From: a virus
Length of the DNA: 64,000 nucleotides
IMG/VR virus record: IMGVR_UViG_3300021375_002698
Strand: one strand, 5' to 3'
Made by a program: the position numbers and the translations under genes. Each line of letters starts with the position of its first letter. Position 1 is the first letter of the stretch. Shown here in pieces: positions 58,883-64,000 of the stretch. The notes below the pieces were generated by a model. That model saw nothing but the letters and a program-made list of their open reading frames with translations. It had not been told where the DNA came from and did no database searches.

Positions 58883-58912
58883 GTGTAAAATATAAATTTA
58901 AAATATTATAAT
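58883..58912 (+). promoter_or_regulatory. Early-type promoter P7
   Basis: GTGTAA-N18-TATAAT. Confidence 0.8.
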
Positions 58913-58946
58913 ATTTATGTAATTAAGGAAAAACGAAAGGCACTAT

Positions 58947-59033
58947 TTGTTAACTAAAGCACAAACTGTTTGCTTTGATATTGTTTTATTAATAATGTTA
59001 ATTACAGTTTTAGTATATATATTATCAACTTAG
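58947..59033 (+). CDS. 28-aa single-TM peptide (not in the ORF track)
   Basis: TTG start after GAAAGG; MLTKAQTVCFDIVLLIMLITVLVYILST. Confidence 0.55.
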   Translation: MLTKAQTVCFDIVLLIMLITVLVYILST

Positions 59034-59049
59034 ACTCACGAGTAAATTT

Positions 59050-59235
59050 ATGTTCAATTTATCTAAAGACTTAGTTTCGTTATCATTTAAAGTTAATAAA
59101 CTAAGTTTTATGCAAACAGTATTTTTTGGTTTTAAATTATCAGTCAATCTTTTTGTTCTATCATTTCTGGTATCATTACCTTTTTACATTATTTCTAATG
59201 CTGCTGTGTTTATTGATTTGATGTTACAAGGCTAG
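59050..59235 (+). CDS. Small hydrophobic protein
   Basis: Hydrophobic C-terminal half; ends inside the 31-bp element. Confidence 0.55.
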   Translation: MFNLSKDLVSLSFKVNKLSFMQTVFFGFKLSVNLFVLSFLVSLPFYIISNAAVFIDLMLQG

Positions 59236-59244
59236 GATACGTCA
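59214..59244 (+). repeat. 31-bp TGAYTYGA-N18-CGTCA element
   Basis: TGATTTGATGTTACAAGGCTAGGATACGTCA. Confidence 0.85.
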
Positions 59245-59252
59245 TCTGCGAT

Positions 59253-59282
59253 GTGTAAAATTTAATTTTTAATTGATATAAT
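59253..59282 (+). promoter_or_regulatory. Early-type promoter P8
   Basis: GTGTAA-N18-TATAAT. Confidence 0.8.
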
Positions 59283-59330
59283 CTTTATGTAATTAAGGAT
59301 TTAATATAAAATAATCTGAAAGGATTTAAA

Positions 59331-59645
59331 ATGCAGGTTTTAAAAAATACAGCTAATAAAACGGGTTTTTTAAATAAGACTGTTGAACAACAAATCGAAG
59401 CGTTAGCTGAAGATTTTTGTAACGGTATGGACTACGGTTATAAAATCGATTCAGTAAAAAAAGGCAAGAATGGCTTTTACACTGTATCAGTTGTTTGTCC
59501 AACTGGAGCTATGGCTGGTGTTTGTTTTATGTGGAACCCTGAAACTCAAACTGATTATTACCTTGGTGAGCCTATAGGCAATGAAACTTTTGAAATTCAC
59601 CCAGCACTTTTCGAAGATTTCAAAGATTATGTTGTTAACGTGTAA
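59331..59645 (+). CDS. Hypothetical early protein
   Basis: TCTGAAAGGATTTAAA RBS block; stop lies within the next -35 box. Confidence 0.8.
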   Translation: MQVLKNTANKTGFLNKTVEQQIEALAEDFCNGMDYGYKIDSVKKGKNGFYTVSVVCPTGAMAGVCFMWNPETQTDYYLGEPIGNETFEIHPALFEDFKDYVVNV

Positions 59646-59668
59646 TAAATTATTTGGTGTGATATAAT
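59640..59668 (+). promoter_or_regulatory. Early-type promoter P9
   Basis: GTGTAA-N17-TATAAT. Confidence 0.75.
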
Positions 59669-59718
59669 TTTTATGTAATCAAGGATACAAACTAAAACAA
59701 TCTGAAAGGATTTAAAAT

Positions 59719-59928
59719 ATGGAATTTACGTATGAATCAGTTAACGATGCTTTAAATCGTCATCATCATAATCTTTCTGGTTACTGGTCTACTCTAGGCT
59801 GGGACGATAACATTGCGACGGTAGGTTATATGATGGAAGATGGAACTGAAGAAGACGTTACTGTAGATAAACAAGGAATTGTGCATGCTTCAGAAAAAGT
59901 AATGGCAGAGATGCAAGATATAGGTTAA
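59719..59928 (+). CDS. Hypothetical early protein; paralog of 62418..62627
   Basis: EFTY-x-S-x-N...LGWD-x-x-IATV-x-Y...EDVT...ASEK shared. Confidence 0.85.
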   Translation: MEFTYESVNDALNRHHHNLSGYWSTLGWDDNIATVGYMMEDGTEEDVTVDKQGIVHASEKVMAEMQDIG

Positions 59929-59936
59929 CCTACATC

Positions 59937-59966
59937 GTGTAACTAAGTCTCTATTTGTTTTATAAT
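59937..59966 (+). promoter_or_regulatory. Early-type promoter P10
   Basis: GTGTAA-N18-TATAAT. Confidence 0.75.
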
Positions 59967-59997
59967 TAATCACCACCCGCCAATAGAAGGATTCAAT

Positions 59998-60441
59998 ATG
60001 AATTTATCTCAATTAATTAAAAATGCTAAACCAATAAATGATACCACAGTGTTAGGATCAGTCTGGACTGATAATAAAGATTTCTGTTCAACAGAGATGC
60101 TGAAGTCTGGCGAACAAATGTTAACTGATATGGTTGAGTGTCAAGATCTCATTGCAACCTTAGACATCGCAGAAAAAACAAATGTTTCAATACCAAAACT
60201 ATCAGCGAAATTAATTAAACAAGATGATGACTGGGATTTTATCAAAGTAACGATTGAAAGCAAAATACCTGATGAATTTGCTAATCTCATGTGGGATATT
60301 CAAGAAGGTCGTTTCCCATCTTTGAGTTATCGTGAGAAAAAAAGTGAGTATATTACAACAATCAGAACAACATGGAGAATGGATAAATATATTTTATCTG
60401 CTGAAGATAATGTTAATATTATTAATGCAACCTTATCTTAA
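59998..60441 (+). CDS. Hypothetical early protein
   Basis: GAAGGA RBS. Confidence 0.8.
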   Translation: MNLSQLIKNAKPINDTTVLGSVWTDNKDFCSTEMLKSGEQMLTDMVECQDLIATLDIAEKTNVSIPKLSAKLIKQDDDWDFIKVTIESKIPDEFANLMWDIQEGRFPSLSYREKKSEYITTIRTTWRMDKYILSAEDNVNIINATLS

Positions 60442-60442
60442 T

Positions 60443-60473
60443 TGATTCGAGTCGTCAAGGTTAGGATACGTCA
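60443..60473 (+). repeat. 31-bp TGAYTYGA-N18-CGTCA element
   Basis: TGATTCGAGTCGTCAAGGTTAGGATACGTCA. Confidence 0.85.
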
Positions 60474-60481
60474 TCTGCGAT

Positions 60482-60511
60482 GTGTAAAATTTAATTTTTA
60501 ATTGATATAAT
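60482..60511 (+). promoter_or_regulatory. Early-type promoter P11
   Basis: GTGTAA-N18-TATAAT. Confidence 0.8.
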
Positions 60512-60563
60512 CTTTATGTAAATAAGGATTACAATAACATTTTTAAAAGTAAAGGTATTTAAT

Positions 60564-60983
60564 ATGGAAAACGTTTTATCACTATTTAATATCAATCCTA
60601 AAAACCCAACGCTTTGCGAAACAACAACTCTGGGCCAAGCGAAACGAGGAAATCGTCAGTTTTATGATACTCATCACAAAGTCTCATACATTACATATTT
60701 AAACGGATATGTTCGCCGGGAAATTAAAGCAACCTACGTTTCACCTTATACAACAAGTCAAATATCTTATAAAGTTCAAGATCAGTTCGTTATTAACAAA
60801 AGAACAGCTACAAAACAAACATATAAAGCGCCTAACGGATATGAATACTCATACACATCAACTGGAGTTATCAAAGAGCCTTGTGCCCAAAAGCGAATGG
60901 ATATCATCGATCATCACTCATCTAACTACAGAGGATATAAAGGTCGATTCGCTAAACCAAATTATACTCTAATCTCTAGATGA
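60564..60983 (+). CDS. Hypothetical basic early protein; related to the partial ORF at 63865
   Basis: AAAGGT RBS; GYVRR motif. Confidence 0.8.
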   Translation: MENVLSLFNINPKNPTLCETTTLGQAKRGNRQFYDTHHKVSYITYLNGYVRREIKATYVSPYTTSQISYKVQDQFVINKRTATKQTYKAPNGYEYSYTSTGVIKEPCAQKRMDIIDHHSSNYRGYKGRFAKPNYTLISR

Positions 60984-61011
60984 CTTGATGTCGCAAGACT
61001 AAGCAACGTCA
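60981..61011 (+). repeat. 31-bp TGAYTYGA-N18-CGTCA element
   Basis: TGACTTGATGTCGCAAGACTAAGCAACGTCA, within an AGATGAC/GTCATCT inverted repeat. Confidence 0.85.
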
Positions 61012-61019
61012 TCTCTTAA

Positions 61020-61049
61020 GTGTAAAATTTAATTTATAATTGATATAAT
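61020..61049 (+). promoter_or_regulatory. Early-type promoter P12
   Basis: GTGTAA-N18-TATAAT. Confidence 0.8.
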
Positions 61050-61096
61050 CTTTATGTAAATAAGGATTCAATCCAAAATAATCTTAAAGGATTAAT

Positions 61097-61474
61097 ATGA
61101 CTACTAAAGACTTACTAAACTCTACGTATTTTCAAATCGATTATCGATCTCTCCCTTCTGGCATCGGTCATATCAACTACGAAAGTGGTGACGTCGTTCT
61201 TGTTACTGAATCTGATTCAGGTCCTAAAGATATGGAATGCGCAAGAAAAGTTATTCGAGAAGAATATCTTCCATCTTCAATTGATCACATCCCATTCAGT
61301 ATGGGTGAGTATTGGGAAGCAGGCCAAGCAGCACTTGAAGCTATCTTAGAAACTCATGATGTTAAATATGTTATCGACTCTGAATTGTCTTATGAAGTGG
61401 AAGAAGATCTTGTAGAAGATATGGAATATCATATCTTTACACTGCAAAACTGGCTCAAAGCTAGAGCAGCCTAA
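61097..61474 (+). CDS. Hypothetical acidic early protein
   Basis: AAAGGA RBS. Confidence 0.8.
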   Translation: MTTKDLLNSTYFQIDYRSLPSGIGHINYESGDVVLVTESDSGPKDMECARKVIREEYLPSSIDHIPFSMGEYWEAGQAALEAILETHDVKYVIDSELSYEVEEDLVEDMEYHIFTLQNWLKARAA

Positions 61475-61500
61475 CAAATTTACAAACAAAGGGTTTTATT

Positions 61501-61776
61501 ATGGATCATTTCAGTTTATATGGCAAAGATCAAATTGGGATTTGTAAAGATCATGAGCGTATATTAGAATTCGCTGATTGTATTTTATTATACGGCTACG
61601 CAATAAAAAGTGAGAATATAATTAAAGATATGAATAAATTTATTGACAATTGTTTAACAAAGCTACTAAGCGATAACTTAAACGATGGATGTCTTGTGTT
61701 AGACACTAAACGTGATTATGGAATGTTTAAAAACAAAATACAATTAAATAAAATATTGTTAGAGAGTGTTGTTTAA
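61501..61776 (+). CDS. Hypothetical protein
   Basis: AAGGG RBS; co-transcribed with the upstream gene. Confidence 0.7.
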   Translation: MDHFSLYGKDQIGICKDHERILEFADCILLYGYAIKSENIIKDMNKFIDNCLTKLLSDNLNDGCLVLDTKRDYGMFKNKIQLNKILLESVV

Positions 61777-61806
61777 AATAACGTAGTATCAAGCTTATAC
61801 AATAAA

Positions 61807-61837
61807 TGACTTGATGTAACATCGCTTAGAGTCGTCA
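61807..61837 (+). repeat. 31-bp TGAYTYGA-N18-CGTCA element
   Basis: TGACTTGATGTAACATCGCTTAGAGTCGTCA. Confidence 0.8.
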
Positions 61838-61839
61838 AC

Positions 61840-61869
61840 GTGTAAATTGTTAAGTTAATTTTGTATAAT
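61840..61869 (+). promoter_or_regulatory. Early-type promoter P13
   Basis: GTGTAA-N18-TATAAT. Confidence 0.75.
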
Positions 61870-61873
61870 ATAA

Positions 61874-61945
61874 ATTGCATATTATCAGCAATAGAATTTT
61901 TTACTATTACTTTTATTATTTGAATTGTAGATAATGTGAGCAATA
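61874..61945 (+). ncRNA. Candidate small hairpin RNA or structured leader
   Basis: Own promoter, no RBS-led ORF; CATATTATC/GATAATGTG and GCAAT/ATTGT stems. Confidence 0.3.
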
Positions 61946-61951
61946 AATTTT

Positions 61952-61981
61952 GTGTAAAATTTAATTTTTAATTGATATAAT
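61952..61981 (+). promoter_or_regulatory. Early-type promoter P14
   Basis: GTGTAA-N18-TATAAT. Confidence 0.8.
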
Positions 61982-62020
61982 CATCATGTAATAAATAATA
62001 AAGATGGAAGGATTTAAAAT

Positions 62021-62296
62021 ATGGCTTCAATACGTACAACAAACATCGGAGATATTTTAACCATTAAAAAGATTGCTCAATACAATAAGATCTTAACAAA
62101 TCACAGCGATCATCCTGAATGTGTTTATCCTAAAGTTACAGATGTTAATAGAATTTTAACAGTAGGTTCAAATTTAACTGTCATAGCTAAGGGAAAGTGT
62201 GAAACAAAGTGGGCAGAATCATACGTTACTGTTAAAGATCACAATAACAATTCTTTCGATATCTTATCCAGCGATTTGCGAAGATTCTGCAAGTAA
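62021..62296 (+). CDS. Hypothetical early protein (possible SH3-like beta barrel)
   Basis: GAAGGA RBS; IGD-x-L and beta-strand pattern. Confidence 0.75.
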   Translation: MASIRTTNIGDILTIKKIAQYNKILTNHSDHPECVYPKVTDVNRILTVGSNLTVIAKGKCETKWAESYVTVKDHNNNSFDILSSDLRRFCK

Positions 62297-62304
62297 CTCT
62301 CATT

Positions 62305-62334
62305 GTGTAAAATTTAATTTTTGGTTGATATAAT
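62305..62334 (+). promoter_or_regulatory. Early-type promoter P15
   Basis: GTGTAA-N18-TATAAT. Confidence 0.8.
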
Positions 62335-62417
62335 CACCATGTAATTAATAATAAATTATTTAAAAATAATATTAATTATATAAATCTTTAAAATCTATAA
62401 ATCTGAAAGGATTTAAT

Positions 62418-62627
62418 ATGAAATTTGAATTTACTTATAACTCTATTAATCATATTTTATATAATCATCATCCTAATCTATGTTCATGGATGTCTTTAGG
62501 ATGGGATAAAAAAATTGCTACTGTACAATACAAACTGAAAGATAATACTGTTGAGGATGTCACAATCGATCGTCAAGCCAATGTAACTGCATCAGAAAAG
62601 TTAATGGTTGAGATAAATGAAAGATAA
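62418..62627 (+). CDS. Hypothetical early protein; paralog of 59719..59928
   Basis: Direct sequence similarity; TCTGAAAGGATTTAAT RBS block. Confidence 0.85.
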   Translation: MKFEFTYNSINHILYNHHPNLCSWMSLGWDKKIATVQYKLKDNTVEDVTIDRQANVTASEKLMVEINER

Positions 62628-62638
62628 TAACTTTTAAA

Positions 62639-62668
62639 GTGTAAAATTTAATTTTTGGTTGATATAAT
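62639..62668 (+). promoter_or_regulatory. Early-type promoter P16
   Basis: GTGTAA-N18-TATAAT. Confidence 0.8.
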
Positions 62669-62706
62669 CATCATGTAATTAATAATAAATCTGAAAGGAT
62701 TTAAAA

Positions 62707-63459
62707 ATGGATAATTTAAATAATAAAGATTCTAACTCTAACTCTAACATCCACGAGGTTCTTATGAGCAACGAAACTCAAATCATCGAATTATTTCAGT
62801 CTTTTCTTTCTAACGGAGGCTCTCCTAAAGTTACAAGCTTTAAAAAGCATCTTGATTCACTCATTAATTCAAACATTAAACCTCTTTGCGTTCGTTCTGG
62901 AAAAGCACCAGACGGAGATGATTGGAGATCGGTGCTCAAAGCTTTATTCGGAGGTCGAGGTAAAAAATGGGTTCAAGTCTCTATAGATAACATCATTCCA
63001 ACTCTTGATCAATTTGACGCTGAATATTATGACACTTTAAAATACAGAGAGTTTATTAAAACTGCAGGATTCGCTTGGATTCGTTTCGCCGGTCCTAGAA
63101 TGGATATGAATATCCAATCAGCTGCTTTCGAAGTTAGAACTAACGGATCTAAAATTGATCACCCTAAACAACTCCATTATATCCCAGTAGATAAAATTGA
63201 AGAGCTCACTGTTACTTTAAACGGAACTCCTCATTCACTAAAACTAGAATCAAACAACACTGAAGTTGAAACTGAAACTGAAACTGAAGTTGTAACTGAA
63301 ACTGAAGTTGTAACTGAAGTTGAAACTGAAACTGAAACTGAAACTGAAACTGAAACTGAAGTTGAAACTGAAACTGAAGCTGATTCAGAATACACAATAG
63401 AAATGTTAGATGAAGACTTCTCAGACTTATATACAGATGAAGAGCTATTTAACGTATAG
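62707..63459 (+). CDS. Hypothetical early protein with (TE)n acidic tail; paralog of 56951..57622
   Basis: Shared motifs; TCTGAAAGGATTTAAA RBS block. Confidence 0.85.
   Translation: MDNLNNKDSNSNSNIHEVLMSNETQIIELFQSFLSNGGSPKVTSFKKHLDSLINSNIKPLCVRSGKAPDGDDWRSVLKALFGGRGKKWVQVSIDNIIPTLDQFDAEYYDTLKYREFIKTAGFAWIRFAGPRMDMNIQSAAFEVRTNGSKIDHPKQLHYIPVDKIEELTVTLNGTPHSLKLESNNTEVETETETEVVTETEVVTEVETETETETETETEVETETEADSEYTIEMLDEDFSDLYTDEELFNV
63259..63378 (+). repeat. Hexamer (ACTGAA/GTTGAA) coding microsatellite
   Basis: About 20 units encoding TEVETETET... Confidence 0.95.
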
Positions 63460-63484
63460 AATGACGTTATCATGCATTTCTTGA

Positions 63485-63524
63485 TTAATATCATTGTTTA
63501 AAAGATATCAGGTAATGATATTAA
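63485..63524. repeat. 11-bp inverted repeat directly upstream of P17
   Basis: TTAATATCATT-N18-AATGATATTAA. Confidence 0.65.
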
Positions 63525-63526
63525 AT

Positions 63527-63556
63527 GTGTAAATTAAAATGACTACTTATTATAAT
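63527..63556 (+). promoter_or_regulatory. Early-type promoter P17
   Basis: GTGTAA-N18-TATAAT. Confidence 0.8.
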
Positions 63557-63592
63557 AACAATGTAAATCAAATTAAAAAAGGATTTTTCTTA

Positions 63593-63799
63593 ATGTTTTA
63601 TTCTCATCTACAATCATTTGCGATTGGAATTATCATCGCTTCTATAACATTTGTAATGTTTCTTCATCACAAAGAAAGCGAGGCGCAAATTAAAAAGACA
63701 AATGAAATGATTAAATATACTAAAGACGTGTGTATAAATCAAAGACCCAAGAATACAGAAACAAAACTTTGCGAGTTCTTAAAAAAGAAGTATTTATAA
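63593..63799 (+). CDS. Small membrane protein
   Basis: Start moved to ATG 63593 after AAGGA because the track start lies inside P17; N-terminal TM helix. Confidence 0.7.
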   Translation: MFYSHLQSFAIGIIIASITFVMFLHHKESEAQIKKTNEMIKYTKDVCINQRPKNTETKLCEFLKKKYL

Positions 63800-63828
63800 G
63801 TGTAAATACAATCTTAATTTAATATAAT
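63800..63828 (+). promoter_or_regulatory. Early-type promoter P18
   Basis: GTGTAA-N17-TATAAT. Confidence 0.7.
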
Positions 63829-63864
63829 TCATATAACAGCTAATTTAATAAAGGCATAAAATTT

Positions 63865-64000
63865 ATGTTTAATACAAAACAATTCACTGATGTTACTTCT
63901 GACAAACAACGACGAAGTGGAACAACATGTTACAGAGATAATAAAAATCCAGGCGTATTCTATACTTCACATTCAAGCGGTTATGTTCGTAGAGTAATCA
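63865..64000 (+). CDS. Hypothetical early protein, 3' end outside the window; related to 60564..60983
   Basis: MFNTKQFTDVTSDKQRRSGTTCYRD...SGYVRRVI; AAAGG RBS. Confidence 0.7.
   Translation, partial: MFNTKQFTDVTSDKQRRSGTTCYRDNKNPGVFYTSHSSGYVRRVI

Noticed and set aside
57725-61837. 31-bp elements as canonical integron attC sites or intrinsic terminators
   Set aside because: They lack RYYYAAC/GTTRRRY ends, extended internal pairing and a U-tract, and no integrase is in the window. They are kept only as an uncharacterised element.
63212-63494. Minus-strand QF-repeat and SV-repeat ORFs
   Set aside because: They are by-products of the stop-free hexamer microsatellite.
1-64000. Stop-codon reassignment
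   Set aside because: Recognisable genes are full length and tightly packed under the standard code, and TAA, TAG and TGA all terminate genes.

Overview
This is a very AT-rich, gene-dense segment of a large tailed-phage genome, probably a jumbo myovirus-type phage, read in the standard genetic code. No tRNA, rRNA, CRISPR array, integrase or transposase was recognised. There are four zones. (1) 1-40 kb, all on the minus strand: baseplate genes (gp25-like, baseplate J/gp6-like, spike/hub-like, LamG-like wedge), a gp55-like late sigma factor, two GT4 glycosyltransferases, a Cas4/AddB-like nuclease and a block of long modular fibre-like proteins. (2) 40-49.5 kb: PIN-PhoH, a stand-alone sigma region 4 protein, an Hc1-like protein, a degenerate chaperonin, NUDIX, a DinG-like helicase, a C39-like lipoprotein peptidase, a holin-like gene, and a class III nucleotide cyclase coupled to a 2-TM gene. 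(3) 49.5-56.3 kb: accessory genes of mixed orientation (pyrF, PAP2, GNATs, a 17-Cys protein). Eight of them share one of two short N-terminal leaders, most ending in [I/L]-x-E, which suggests a capsid-targeting cargo system. (4) 56.5-64 kb, plus strand: an array of small early-type genes, most with their own GTGTAA-N17/18-TATAAT promoter (18 copies). Seven promoters are preceded by a conserved 31-bp TGAYTYGA-N18-CGTCA element, and the array contains three paralog pairs. The best candidates for undescribed biology are the leader-plus-cargo set, the element-bounded cassette array, the cyclase/TM pair and a mirror-symmetric divergent promoter. All functional calls come from motif recognition by eye; no database searches were run.
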